Part shown: positions 18,390 through 28,171 of the stretch, piece by piece
Layout: each line of letters begins with the position of its first letter
How positions within the stretch are numbered: position 1 is the stretch's first letter
Assembly: GCA_963790825.1 (NCBI GenBank)
Contig: CAWBPM010000003.1
Location: forward strand, 189,681-253,680
Source: Candidatus Levyibacteriota bacterium
GTDB taxonomy: Bacteria; Patescibacteriota; Microgenomatia; Levybacterales; UBA12049
Reading direction: 5' to 3'
DNA: 64,000 nucleotides
Translations under genes and position numbers: made by a program
The notes under the pieces: generated by a model
Databases searched by the model: none
What the model was told of the DNA's origin: nothing
What the model saw: only the letters and a program-made list of their open reading frames with translations

Positions 18390-21061
18390 TATTTTTTCCC
18401 ACTTCCGCACCAGCAGGGATCGTTGCGACCGAGTTTTGCATGACTATTTTGCACGGGAGCAGAAGACGCACTTGCTTTTCGCATTTGTTCACTTACTTCA
18501 CTCTCCGGTGTATTTAACTTTATGTTACTTTGCTCCTGAACAGGTACCGGGTTTTGGGTTATTTGAATTCTATAGATTCTATGTACAATCTCGTCATCGA
18601 TTCCCGCGATCAGCTGCTCAAACATTTTGAATGCTTCATTTTTATATTCCACCAATGGATCTTTTTGTGCATACCCCCGAAGACCGATGCCACCCCGCAA
18701 ACTTTCAATCGCATCCAGATGTGCCATCCATAAATTATCAATGACTGATAACATAACAAATCGCTCAGCAAAACGTGAAAGCTCTTTTCCCATTTGCTCT
18801 TCTCGCCGTGCGTAAATATCATGAGCAACTTGCGTCAAAAATTCTGTTTTTTCTTCAGTAGCTGTTCGCTGTTCAAGTTGTTGGATAAGCTGTTGTTGGG
18901 ACTGCGGGTCGAATTGAATAATGGTCCCGAATGCTTCCATAATTTTTTCATTCGCTGATTTTTCTAAGTCTAAATTCCCCTCGCCATTCACAACAACAAG
19001 TGTTTGAATCGCGCTATCGATACGGTTCACAACTTCGTTGCGAAGTGTATCTTGCGATTTTTCAGCCGATTCCAGAACTTTTTTTCTAAGTGTATAGATG
19101 ATTTCCCTATGCTTATTCAAAACATCATCATACTCAACCGTATGCTTCCTGCTGTCAAAATAAAATCCTTCTACCTTTACCTGCGCGTTTTCAATAGCCT
19201 TCGAAACGAGTGAGTGTTCAAGCGGTACGTCTTCCGGCATATTAAACCGTGTCATAATGCCGGCAATTCGGTCTCCGCCAAAAAGCCGCATAATCTCGTC
19301 TTCCAAAGAAACAAAAAACTTAGAAGCACCGGGATCTCCCTGCCTGCCAGATCGTCCTCGAAGCTGATTATCGATACGTCTGGATTCATGCCGTTCCGTA
19401 CCGATAACATAAAGTCCGCCCAGTGAAACGACCTCATCATGTGCTTTCTGCCAGGCTTTAAATTCACTAGTTCCAATTGCTGCCCGTCCATCTTCTATTT
19501 TCGGCGAGTCGCCGCCTAAGATAATGTCAACTCCGCGTCCCGCCATGTTCGTCGCCACCGTCACAGCATTTTTTGCTCCGGCCTGCGCGATAATTTCTGC
19601 CTCTTTGACGTGGTTTTTGGCATTTAATACCTGGTGTACTATTCCCCGCCTCTTAAGCAGTTCGGAAAGAATCTGGTTCTTATCAATTGACGTCGTACCG
19701 ACCAGTACGGGTTGTCCTCTTTTATGTGCCTTGTCAATCTCAGAAACGACCGCAGTAAACTTCGCCCGCGATGTTTTATATACCGCGTCAGGATAGTCGG
19801 TTCTGTTGATAGGATTATTTGTAGGAATCACCACGACGTCCAGTTTGTAGATTTTCTGGAATTCTTCCGCTTCGGTAACAGCTGTTCCTGTCATGCCGGA
19901 AAGGAGGCGGTACATACGGAAATAATTTTGCAGAGACACTGTTGCCAAAGTTTTCGATTCCCGCTGAATTGGCACATTTTCCTTTGCTTCGATAGCCTGG
20001 TGAATTCCTTCCGAGAGCCGGCGTCCTTCCATAAGTCTGCCGGTAAATTCATCAACCAAAATCACCTGATTATCACGAACGATATAATCTTTTTCGCGGT
20101 GAAACAGGGTTCGTGCTTTAAGTGCCGCTTCCAGGTGGTAGACGGTATCAAAATCTTTCTCGTAGATATTCTGGATTCCGTATAGCTTTTCTATTTTGCC
20201 GATACCATGATCAGTCAAATGTGCGGTTCGCAGTTTTTCATCTATTTTATAATCAGTCTCGGACGTCAATTTATCGACTATTTTCGCGTAATCATAATAC
20301 TTGGCAGAAGGCGATTCGTCGGGTGCTGAAATAATATGCGGCGTTCTCGCTTCATCAATCAAAACTGAGTCGACCTCATCAACAATTGCAAAATAATATT
20401 CTCTTTGGCTGATATCTTTAATATCCTGAGCCATATTATCACGCAGGTAATCGAACCCGAATTCCGAATTAATGCCGTAGACGACATCTGCCTGATATGC
20501 TTCCTTTCTGGTAATTGGTCTAAGGTGCGAAAGTCTGAAATCCGTTGCTGTTTGATCGGTAAAATCAGGATCATAAAGATACGAACGTTCACTAATAATT
20601 GATGAGACTGAAACACCCAGCAGATGAAATACCGGCCCCATCCATCCCGCGTCTCTCCGAGCCAGATAATCATTGACAGTAACCAGATGCACTCCCCGTC
20701 CGGTCAAACTATGGAGATAAAGCGCCAAAATCGCGGAGAGGGTTTTTCCTTCTCCGGTTTTTTGTTCGGCAATCTTTCCTCTGGAGAGAACAACTCCTGC
20801 CATAAGTTGCACGTCATAGTGCCAAAGTCCCGTTGTCCGTTTGCTTGCTTCACGACATAGTGCAAATGCTACAGGCAGAATCGTATCGGTTGTTTCGCCT
20901 GACTGTAATCTGTTTTTTAACTCCTGAGTTTTCTTAGGAAAATCAGTATCTTTCAGTTTTTCGTATTCTTTAGAAAACGCATTTATTTCGGCGATAACCG
21001 GTTTGAGCCGTTCAATTTCACGATCATTGGAATCAAATAATTTAGAAAGAAGAGGAATCAT
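18365..21061 (-). CDS. secA: Preprotein translocase subunit SecA
   Basis: KTGEGKT, VTVNDYLA, DEVDSVLIDEARTP, QLRGRSGRQGDPG and C-terminal SEC-C GRNDPCWCGSGKKYKRCH. Confidence 0.99.
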   Translation of the reverse strand: MIPLLSKLFDSNDREIERLKPVIAEINAFSKEYEKLKDTDFPKKTQELKNRLQSGETTDTILPVAFALCREASKRTTGLWHYDVQLMAGVVLSRGKIAEQKTGEGKTLSAILALYLHSLTGRGVHLVTVNDYLARRDAGWMGPVFHLLGVSVSSIISERSYLYDPDFTDQTATDFRLSHLRPITRKEAYQADVVYGINSEFGFDYLRDNMAQDIKDISQREYYFAIVDEVDSVLIDEARTPHIISAPDESPSAKYYDYAKIVDKLTSETDYKIDEKLRTAHLTDHGIGKIEKLYGIQNIYEKDFDTVYHLEAALKARTLFHREKDYIVRDNQVILVDEFTGRLMEGRRLSEGIHQAIEAKENVPIQRESKTLATVSLQNYFRMYRLLSGMTGTAVTEAEEFQKIYKLDVVVIPTNNPINRTDYPDAVYKTSRAKFTAVVSEIDKAHKRGQPVLVGTTSIDKNQILSELLKRRGIVHQVLNAKNHVKEAEIIAQAGAKNAVTVATNMAGRGVDIILGGDSPKIEDGRAAIGTSEFKAWQKAHDEVVSLGGLYVIGTERHESRRIDNQLRGRSGRQGDPGASKFFVSLEDEIMRLFGGDRIAGIMTRFNMPEDVPLEHSLVSKAIENAQVKVEGFYFDSRKHTVEYDDVLNKHREIIYTLRKKVLESAEKSQDTLRNEVVNRIDSAIQTLVVVNGEGNLDLEKSANEKIMEAFGTIIQFDPQSQQQLIQQLEQRTATEEKTEFLTQVAHDIYARREEQMGKELSRFAERFVMLSVIDNLWMAHLDAIESLRGGIGLRGYAQKDPLVEYKNEAFKMFEQLIAGIDDEIVHRIYRIQITQNPVPVQEQSNIKLNTPESEVSEQMRKASASSAPVQNSHAKLGRNDPCWCGSGKKYKRCHFPN

Positions 21062-21088
21062 ATATTTATCTTACCATACCCCAGCCTC

Positions 21089-21118
21089 AAAAAAAACCCC
21101 CAAGCAAATGCCTGGGGG
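21089..21118 (-). terminator. Intrinsic terminator
   Basis: Minus strand CCCCCAGGCA-TT-TGCTTGGGGG followed by T8. Confidence 0.8.
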
Positions 21119-21159
21119 CTTAACTACCAATTGATCAATTGGTGAAAGAAACAAAAAAG

Positions 21160-21219
21160 TTATTTCTTCTTCTTCTTTGTTGACTTTCTTGCTACTTTCT
21201 TGGTTTTTTTGGCTGCCAT
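21160..21219 (-). CDS. 19-aa Lys-rich micropeptide MAAKKTKKVARKSTKKKKK
   Basis: Hand-translated; AAGGAGGTGA SD just upstream, TTGACA-N17-CACTAT promoter and downstream terminator. Confidence 0.65.
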   Translation of the reverse strand: MAAKKTKKVARKSTKKKKK

Positions 21220-21282
21220 GCGGATCACCTCCTTCTTACCTGCATAAATTGATAAATTCAATACTTGAGGCAGGTTGCATCT

Positions 21283-21311
21283 ATAGTGAAATATTTTTAT
21301 CATTATGTCAA
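21283..21311 (-). promoter_or_regulatory. Sigma70-type promoter for the micropeptide unit
   Basis: TTGACA-17 nt-CACTAT on the minus strand. Confidence 0.5.
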
Positions 21312-21434
21312 GTAAATTTATTGCTTCAAAGTTAGCAGTTTAGCTTGTCAATTCAGCAAAAATCATCATACCAAATTATTACTTTTTTATTACAAGTTGA
21401 GGCTAAATTTTAGAAAAATTTTGAGGCTAAAATT

Positions 21435-22760
21435 TTATTTTTTTACAGTTATTATTTTTTTACCGATATATTTTTGTAAAACTTCAGGAATCTGTACACT
21501 TCCGTCACTTTTTTGGTAATTATCTAAGATGGCGATAATCATTCTCCCCATCGCACAACCCGTATCATTTACAGTATGGACATATTCTTTTCCGCCGTCT
21601 TCTGTCTGATATCTTATATTCAGTCTTCTGGCTTGAAAATCAGTCGCATTGGTATCGCTCATTACTTCCATAAAAGTTTTTTGCGACGGAAGCCATACTT
21701 CGACATCATATTTTTTATAGGTCGCCGCGTAGCCGGCATCACCACTGCACATTAAAATCACATGGTAGGGAAGACGTAACTCTTGCAGCAGCCATTCATT
21801 GATAGACAGCAAATACTCCATTGTTTCTTTTGATTGCGACGGATTACAAACGATATCCATCTCGAGCTTATCGAATTGGTGAACCCGTTTTATACCTCTG
21901 ACATCTTTCCCCCATGAGCCGACTTCAGACCTAAAACACGACGTAAAGGCGAATACTTTTTGTGGCAACGCTTTTTCAGGCAGCATCTTATCCATAAAAT
22001 AGGAAAAAAGTGGCGGTTCAGACGAGCCGACCAGATTTAAACTCTGATTTTCCTCAACGTATTTATTTTCTATTTTGTAAACTTGATCCGCGTCTCCCGG
22101 GAAATGTGACGTACCGTAGAGCGTCCGGTCATGAACCAGAAGAGGAACTACCATTGGCATAAATCCTTCTTCAAGTAGTTTATTTTTTAACAATTCAAAT
22201 AATGCGTACTCCAGAAGTACTGCTTCATTTTTTAGATACGCAAAACGGCTGCCTGAAACAAGGGCACTTTGTTCGATATCAATAATGTCCAGTTCTTTTC
22301 CAAGATCCACATGATCTTTGCCTGCGAAATTTAGAGTTGGCATTGCCACTTTCGCAGCATCTTTTTTGCCCAATTTATCTTTACTTACGAAACCATCTTT
22401 CGGAGTCCAAGCTTTTATCTCTAGATTATCATCTTCGTTTTTACCAACCGGCACATCAGGAGAAAGCATATTCGGAACCCAAGATAATTTCTCCCGTAAG
22501 GTTTCTTGCACGGTTTTTAACTGCCCCTCAAGGCTTGTAATCTGATTACCTGTTTTGCGAAGGTGGGTAATTTCCTCAGGGGTCGGTTTCTGTTTCGAAG
22601 ATTGATTGAGGGTTTGCCGAAGTTTATCCAGTTCTATTTGTAATGTTTTTCGTTTATCATCAAGTTTAATGATTTCCAAAATAGCAATATCAACCTTACG
22701 ATTCTTTGCATTTCTTTGTACTTCTTCCTGATGTTCGCGTATAAATTTAATATCCAGCAT
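21435..22760 (-). CDS. serS: Seryl-tRNA synthetase
   Basis: MLDIKFIR start (22760), SGSRF, CFRSEVG, RVHQFDKLE, DFQARRLNIR. Confidence 0.97.
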   Translation of the reverse strand: MLDIKFIREHQEEVQRNAKNRKVDIAILEIIKLDDKRKTLQIELDKLRQTLNQSSKQKPTPEEITHLRKTGNQITSLEGQLKTVQETLREKLSWVPNMLSPDVPVGKNEDDNLEIKAWTPKDGFVSKDKLGKKDAAKVAMPTLNFAGKDHVDLGKELDIIDIEQSALVSGSRFAYLKNEAVLLEYALFELLKNKLLEEGFMPMVVPLLVHDRTLYGTSHFPGDADQVYKIENKYVEENQSLNLVGSSEPPLFSYFMDKMLPEKALPQKVFAFTSCFRSEVGSWGKDVRGIKRVHQFDKLEMDIVCNPSQSKETMEYLLSINEWLLQELRLPYHVILMCSGDAGYAATYKKYDVEVWLPSQKTFMEVMSDTNATDFQARRLNIRYQTEDGGKEYVHTVNDTGCAMGRMIIAILDNYQKSDGSVQIPEVLQKYIGKKIITVKK

Positions 22761-22797
22761 ACTTGGGATTATAGCGCGTTTCCGAAAGCTGGTCAAT

Positions 22798-23841
22798 TTA
22801 GAAAGCAATCGTTGACCGGAGTTTCCTAATTTTTGCGACATAAAATCCTTCCATCAAACTACTTGGCCAGACCCGCGCAGTTTTTGTCAAACTTCTGTCA
22901 AACACTTTATTTTTCCAATGTGTTAGTCCTTCGCTTAATTCTAAATTCTCAATTTTTATTTCTTCCAACTCTACCGCTCCCTTTTCTGTTCGTAAGAGCC
23001 AATCAATAATTCCTTCGTTTTCCTCAGGAGCAAGCGTGCAGGTTGAGTAGACAATTAATCCTTCCGGTTTTGTGCAGCTTACTGCAGATCGAAGAAGATA
23101 GCGTTGTGTTTGAATCAAAGATTTAATTTTTCTAAGCGTCCAATCTTTGTACGTTTCTGGATCAAGTGTTGAAACTCTTCCTTCCATACTGCAGGGTACG
23201 TCAACGAGTGCTTTATCGAAATATTCAGGATAAAACTTCCACAACATTTCTCCAGGAAAATTTGCTATTGTTACCAATTCATCTGTCATTCTGGCTTGTC
23301 CAGAATCGCTCTCGTTTCTGATTCTGGAATCGCTTCGCTCTCCAGAATGACGCTGTGTTGAAAATGAAACTCCATATTGTTTCAAAACCGCAGTTAGTTT
23401 ATAGATTCGCTCCCGACTCCTGTCATTTGCCAGAATTTCTCCTTTATTTTCCATATATGCTGCAATCTGCGTTGTTTTACTTCCCAGCGCTGCAGCAATA
23501 TCTAAGATTCTTTCTCCTGGCTTCGGATCAAGAATTAAAGCAGGAATCATACTCGAAAGATTTTGAATATAGACATATCCTTTCTTATAACAATCAGTTT
23601 TTGTCAGTTTTTCTTCACTGTCTTTTAAAATAAACGCGTTAGGAAAGCCCAATACTGGCTCCAGCGGTATTTTCAATGACTTCAGTTCGCTAAGACATTC
23701 CTTATGAGTTATTTTTAACGTATTAATTCGAAATGACCTAGGACGTAAGGTTTGAAGAGACATGAGAACAAGTGGCAGTTTTTTCTCAGGAATAATTATT
23801 CGGAGACGTTCTAGAAATTGTTCAGGTAATGGGTTCGTCAC
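22798..23841 (-). CDS. RsmB/RsmF (NOL1/NOP2) RNA m5C methyltransferase carrying an in-frame repeat insertion
   Basis: YIQNLSSM, ILDIAAALGSKT, DVPCS and YSTCTLAPEENE. Confidence 0.9.
   Translation of the reverse strand: MTNPLPEQFLERLRIIIPEKKLPLVLMSLQTLRPRSFRINTLKITHKECLSELKSLKIPLEPVLGFPNAFILKDSEEKLTKTDCYKKGYVYIQNLSSMIPALILDPKPGERILDIAAALGSKTTQIAAYMENKGEILANDRSRERIYKLTAVLKQYGVSFSTQRHSGERSDSRIRNESDSGQARMTDELVTIANFPGEMLWKFYPEYFDKALVDVPCSMEGRVSTLDPETYKDWTLRKIKSLIQTQRYLLRSAVSCTKPEGLIVYSTCTLAPEENEGIIDWLLRTEKGAVELEEIKIENLELSEGLTHWKNKVFDRSLTKTARVWPSSLMEGFYVAKIRKLRSTIAF
23284..23352. repeat. 69-bp double-hairpin palindromic element, in frame in the methyltransferase gene
   Basis: GTCATTCTGG..CCAGAATC..GATTCTGGA..TCCAGAATGAC; encodes RHSGERSDSRIRNESDSGQARMT. 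Confidence 0.85.
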
Positions 23842-23848
23842 AGCGAAG

Positions 23849-24178
23849 TTATTTGGCTTTTTTAGCAGAGGTAGTTTTCTTTTTTGCGATTGTTTTTTTC
23901 GCAGGCTTTTTGGCTGCTTTTTTCGGAGTAGACACTGCTACTTTTCCGCTGGTGAGCTTTGAAAGCGCAGACTTCATATGTGCTGCTTTGTTTGTATGGA
24001 TAATATTATTTTTTGCAGCTTTATCAATACTTTTAAACGCGACACTAATTGACTTAGTCGTAGGGTTCAGATTGGCTTTTTTAACAAGAGACCTGTAAAG
24101 ACTACGGACGCTTTTATTTCTTAGTGTTCGTTTCTTATCCTGACGTAATTTTTTCTTGGCGTGTTTTAAGACTGGCAT
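23849..24178 (-). CDS. rpsT: 30S ribosomal protein S20 with Lys/Ala-rich tail
   Basis: KHAKKKLRQDKKRTLRN..IDKAAKNNIIHTNKAA. Confidence 0.95.
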   Translation of the reverse strand: MPVLKHAKKKLRQDKKRTLRNKSVRSLYRSLVKKANLNPTTKSISVAFKSIDKAAKNNIIHTNKAAHMKSALSKLTSGKVAVSTPKKAAKKPAKKTIAKKKTTSAKKAK

Positions 24179-24212
24179 TTCGTTATTTTAGCATGATATA
24201 CTTAAAAAAACA

Positions 24213-25871
24213 ATGGTTGACAACCTCCTAAAGAAAAGCTTGGATCTAATTCTTAAACAACAGACGAACATACTTTCGGCTGCTTTCGTCATTATGATGA
24301 CGAGTGTTCTGTCGCAAATTTTAGGTATTTTCCGCTACCGCTTACTGGCCGCAATTTTCGGTCCGTCAAATACGCTTGGTATTTATTTGGCTTCTTCACG
24401 TTTGCCCGATTTTATTTTTCAGGTTGTTATCGCAGCTGCAATATCTAGCGCGTTTATTCCTGTCTTCTCAAATACTTTGACTAAAGAAGGAAAAGAGGCA
24501 GCGCATAAAGTTGCTTCCGTACTACTCACGCTGAGCATTGTTATTTTCCTTATTCTGGCTATTATTTTGGTAATTTTCGCGCCATTTTTTCTAAGTATCC
24601 TTAATCCCGGATCAGGTTTTACTCCCGACCAAATGAGTCTCATGGCGAATCTTATGCGATTTATTATTATTGCCCAATTTTTCTTTCTCATCGGACTGTT
24701 TTTTACCGCGCTTTTACAGTCCTATAATCACTTTTTCCTTCCCGGATTTGCAGCCGCCATGTACAACCTCGGTATTATTATCGGTATTCTCTGCTTCTCG
24801 TCTTTCGCCGGTATTTACGCCCCGGTTTACGGCATGATTTTAGGCGCGCTTTTGTTTATCCTGATGCAATTACCACTCGTTAAAAAAGTAGGGTTTTCTT
24901 TTCATTTTGATTTTTCCTGGCGTATTCCGGGTGTGATAAAAATATTTTGCTTGATGTGGCCGAGGGCTATTTCAAATACTATTTTTAATCTTGCGGGCCT
25001 TTTGACAGTCGGACTGATTTCGTTTATTCCTTCTTCCGGCCGGTCTGTCGTAATTTTTGATTTTGCTCAAACGCTCGCCTTCGCGCCGGTCGGTTTATTC
25101 GGTCAGGCAATTGCTCAAGCTGCTTTTCCGGCACTTTCCCGTGAAAAAGACAGTCCTGAAGAATTTAAAAAAACCTTTATTACCAGTTTTAACCAGATGC
25201 TTTATATCGTTCTGCCAATTTCCGTTCTGATGCTTATACTTCGTATCCCTATTGTCCGCCTGATTTACGGGGCATCGCAATTCGACTGGGCTGCTACAGT
25301 TCTGACCGGCAAGACACTTGCTTTTTTCTCAATCTCTATTTTCTCAGAGTCTTTAATCGCGCTTATTTCGCGGGCATTTTTCGCACTCCACAATACGAAA
25401 ATTCAGCTGATTGTCGGTGCTGCTACCACTGCTTTCATGTTGTGTCTCGCTTTTATTTTTATCGTCATTGAGCATTTCGGCATCGCCAGTATCGCGATAG
25501 CATATTCAACCGCCAGTATTACGGAGTTGGTTATTTTATTTTATCTTCTTGACCGGGCAGTCGGTGGGTTTGACAGAGCGGATTTCGTGTCCTCATGGAT
25601 GAAATTTTTCACCTGTTCATTTTTCACTGCGTTCGCGCTTTATATACCGATTAAACTTCTTGATAAGCTGGTATTTGATACCACCCATACCATTAACCTT
25701 ATTATTCTTACCGGTATCTCAAGTCTCGCCGGATTAACGCTTTATCTGCTTCTAACCTGGCTTTTCAACGTCAAAGAGGCGTATACTTATATTCTCATGG
25801 CGAAAAAAATCGGCGACTGGCGAGATGTACTTAGGAAATCAGACGAGGTTATCGAAGGCACAAAGTTCTAG
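24213..25871 (+). CDS. murJ: Lipid II flippase MurJ (MviN)
   Basis: LSQILGIFR..RLPD..SSAFIPVF, many TM helices, RAFFALHNTK. Confidence 0.92.
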   Translation: MVDNLLKKSLDLILKQQTNILSAAFVIMMTSVLSQILGIFRYRLLAAIFGPSNTLGIYLASSRLPDFIFQVVIAAAISSAFIPVFSNTLTKEGKEAAHKVASVLLTLSIVIFLILAIILVIFAPFFLSILNPGSGFTPDQMSLMANLMRFIIIAQFFFLIGLFFTALLQSYNHFFLPGFAAAMYNLGIIIGILCFSSFAGIYAPVYGMILGALLFILMQLPLVKKVGFSFHFDFSWRIPGVIKIFCLMWPRAISNTIFNLAGLLTVGLISFIPSSGRSVVIFDFAQTLAFAPVGLFGQAIAQAAFPALSREKDSPEEFKKTFITSFNQMLYIVLPISVLMLILRIPIVRLIYGASQFDWAATVLTGKTLAFFSISIFSESLIALISRAFFALHNTKIQLIVGAATTAFMLCLAFIFIVIEHFGIASIAIAYSTASITELVILFYLLDRAVGGFDRADFVSSWMKFFTCSFFTAFALYIPIKLLDKLVFDTTHTINLIILTGISSLAGLTLYLLLTWLFNVKEAYTYILMAKKIGDWRDVLRKSDEVIEGTKF

Positions 25872-25929
25872 TCCAGACTCCCCGGCAATTTAGTTTAGCC
25901 TATTAAATCAATCTTTTTTTTTGTCCTCT

Positions 25930-27011
25930 TGAATAAGTCACGATACATATTGGAATCTTAAGGAAGAAGATTCTATGCCAAGTGATTTTAAACGAGTAAG
26001 ACATTTACGACCAAAATACTCACAAAAGAGCTATCATATACTGATGAAAATGCTCCAGAATTCATTAGCAGTTGAAGTATCCGATGTAGCTGCTTTTCGC
26101 CTTCACGTGATTAATCACTACTACAAGTATGGACTGCGTCCAACCCTTGCTGCATTCAAAATAAAGAAGAGCAGCTTATACAACTGGAGAAATGCTTATG
26201 AACACAACGGAAAAAGGACAATCAGTTTAGTGCCACACGGAACTAGACCTCTCCATGTGCGAAAGATGGAGACAGACTGGAGAATAATTGAGTTCATTAG
26301 AGAGATGAGGCATGAGCATGGGAATATTGGTAAAAGTATGCTCAAGCCCTTTGTTGATGCGTATGCCAAAGAGCTGGGTATTAAGACCTTGGCAGAAAGT
26401 ACTATTGGGAAAGTACTTAAAAGACGTCACTTAACATTTGAGAAGAAAGTCTACCCACAGAAACAAAAAAACAAGTTCAAAAAGCTAAGAGTGAGAAAGT
26501 CTCCTAAGGTAGTTTCTCCTGGATTTATTGAGATGGATTCAGTAGTTGTCTATATCAATTTTGAGAAACATTTGTTTATGTGTGTGATTGATATTTACAC
26601 AAAATTTGCCTTAGTTGTATATGTACCGGATCTCTCCTCAGTAACAGCAAGAGAGGTTTTTAAGCAGTTCCAGTGCAATAATCCAACACCGATTCATACA
26701 ATCCAAACAGATAATGGATCAGAGTTTCTCAAATCATTCCATGAGTATATAGTTGAACAGAAAATTAAACATCAATTTATCTATCCCAGAATGCCAAAGA
26801 TTAATAGTTACATTGAGAGATTCAATCGGACAATCCAGGAGGAATTCATTTTAAGAAATGACGAGATTTACTATGACTCAGAAGCATTTGCAAAAAAGCT
26901 CACAAAGTATTTATACTGGTATAACTATAAGAGGCCACATGCTTCGCTTAAATACATGTCGCCTATGTCCTTTATACAAGCCAAGATTCCAATAAGTGCG
27001 TGACGCATACA
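25930..27011 (+). mobile_element. IS481-like insertion sequence, copy 1 (1082 bp)
   Basis: Imperfect TIRs TGAATAAGTCACGATACATATTGGAATCTT and (reverse complement) TGTATGCGTCACGCACTTATTGGAATCTT; 5-bp TSD CCTCT at 25925-25929 and 27012-27016. Confidence 0.9.
25975..27003 (+). CDS. DDE transposase (rve integrase core)
   Basis: IEMDS, IQTDNGSEF, IERFNRTIQEE, YNYKRPHASL. Confidence 0.95.
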   Translation: MPSDFKRVRHLRPKYSQKSYHILMKMLQNSLAVEVSDVAAFRLHVINHYYKYGLRPTLAAFKIKKSSLYNWRNAYEHNGKRTISLVPHGTRPLHVRKMETDWRIIEFIREMRHEHGNIGKSMLKPFVDAYAKELGIKTLAESTIGKVLKRRHLTFEKKVYPQKQKNKFKKLRVRKSPKVVSPGFIEMDSVVVYINFEKHLFMCVIDIYTKFALVVYVPDLSSVTAREVFKQFQCNNPTPIHTIQTDNGSEFLKSFHEYIVEQKIKHQFIYPRMPKINSYIERFNRTIQEEFILRNDEIYYDSEAFAKKLTKYLYWYNYKRPHASLKYMSPMSFIQAKIPISA

Positions 27012-27050
27012 CCTCTTCCTGGACGTTAAACTTTTTGCTATACTTTGGAT

Positions 27051-27800
27051 ATGTCTCAAGATTTTTACGATAAAGTAGCAAGTAAGTTTGGGAATTATGA
27101 TACTCCGGCTAAATATATTAAGGAATGCCTGATGGGAAATCCTGAAGAAATATTTAAACGTAAACTTCTAGGGATAGGTGGAAAGGATAAGATTGTTCTA
27201 GATGCGGGTTGCGGAGATGGAAGATTTACTCTTTCTATTTCAAGCCATTTTAAAAAAATAATTGGCAATGATACCTCAAGATTAATGTTGAATGCAGCAA
27301 AAAAACTTCAGAAAGAGAAAGGGATTAAGAACGTGCAATTTATCGAGAGGAACACGCGAGAATTAAATTATTCACGTAATTATTTCAACATTATTTATGT
27401 TAGAAGATCCCCGGTAGATTATCCTCTATTTTATAAAATACTAAAGACAGAAGGGCATGTTTTATATATTGGTATTGGAGAAAAAGATACAATGGAAATA
27501 GAAAGAGTATTTGGTAGGGGGCAAAATTTCGGTGGATTTGACGAGCCTAGACTGGAAAAAGAAAAAAATAATATTAAGAATGCCGGTTTTGAAATAATTT
27601 ATGCAAAGAATTTTTATTACAATGAATATTATCTATCTTTTGAAGATTTAGATATATTTTTGCAGGGTGTTCCAATTTTCGAAGATTATGATTCAGTTAA
27701 AGATAGACAAAACTTAGAAGAATACGTAAAGAAACATCAAGAACCTCAGGGAATTGATTTGCCCAGACATAGATATGTAATTGTTGCAGCTAAAGAGTAA
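27051..27800 (+). CDS. Class I SAM-dependent methyltransferase, paralog of 6235-6984
   Basis: VLDAGCGDG; long identical stretches shared with the island copy. Confidence 0.88.
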   Translation: MSQDFYDKVASKFGNYDTPAKYIKECLMGNPEEIFKRKLLGIGGKDKIVLDAGCGDGRFTLSISSHFKKIIGNDTSRLMLNAAKKLQKEKGIKNVQFIERNTRELNYSRNYFNIIYVRRSPVDYPLFYKILKTEGHVLYIGIGEKDTMEIERVFGRGQNFGGFDEPRLEKEKNNIKNAGFEIIYAKNFYYNEYYLSFEDLDIFLQGVPIFEDYDSVKDRQNLEEYVKKHQEPQGIDLPRHRYVIVAAKE

Positions 27801-27916
27801 GGTTATCTAATAAGACTAAGCTGGTTCTAATGTCATCTAGTGCCCGCAGTAGAGTTGGATTATGTAAGTACAGACCGGAGTTCCTAAATTTTTTGTGCTT
27901 AATTAAGAAGCTTTAT

Positions 27917-28171
27917 TTAATACTTATAAATTTCTCTTCTATGTCCAACCCTGAGAACTATAATATTCTTATCATCTACATCGAAAATGATTCTATAATT
28001 CCCAATTCTCCATCTGTAAGTCCCGATGGAAGACTCTGTTAGTTTTTTAGAAGTAGAAAGTGGGTCTTTTGAGTATTCTTTGATTTTTTTACCAATTCTT
28101 TTTTTAACTACAATATCTAATTTTTTAATATCTTTAAACGCAGTATTAGTATATAGAAGCTTATAAGACAT
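27917..28171 (-). CDS. RelE/ParE family toxin
   Basis: AFKDIKKL..YRWRIGNYRIIF..VLRVGHRREIY. Confidence 0.92.
   Translation of the reverse strand: MSYKLLYTNTAFKDIKKLDIVVKKRIGKKIKEYSKDPLSTSKKLTESSIGTYRWRIGNYRIIFDVDDKNIIVLRVGHRREIYKY

Noticed and set aside
18168-18630. Plus-strand ORFs of 64 and 99 aa as an integrase remnant
   Set aside because: No recombinase motifs; they overlap the att repeat and run antisense to secA.
21221-21234. GGATCACCTCCTT as a 16S rRNA 3' fragment
   Set aside because: There is no flanking rRNA sequence; it is better explained as an extended SD on the minus strand.
21398-21432. TTGAGGCTAAA direct repeat (also at ~38613)
   Set aside because: Short and AT-rich with few copies; no function can be supported.
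23478-23500. AALGSKT instead of AAPGxKT as inactivation of the m5C methyltransferase
   Set aside because: It is a single-base difference with other motifs intact, and cannot be told apart from a tolerated variant or an error.
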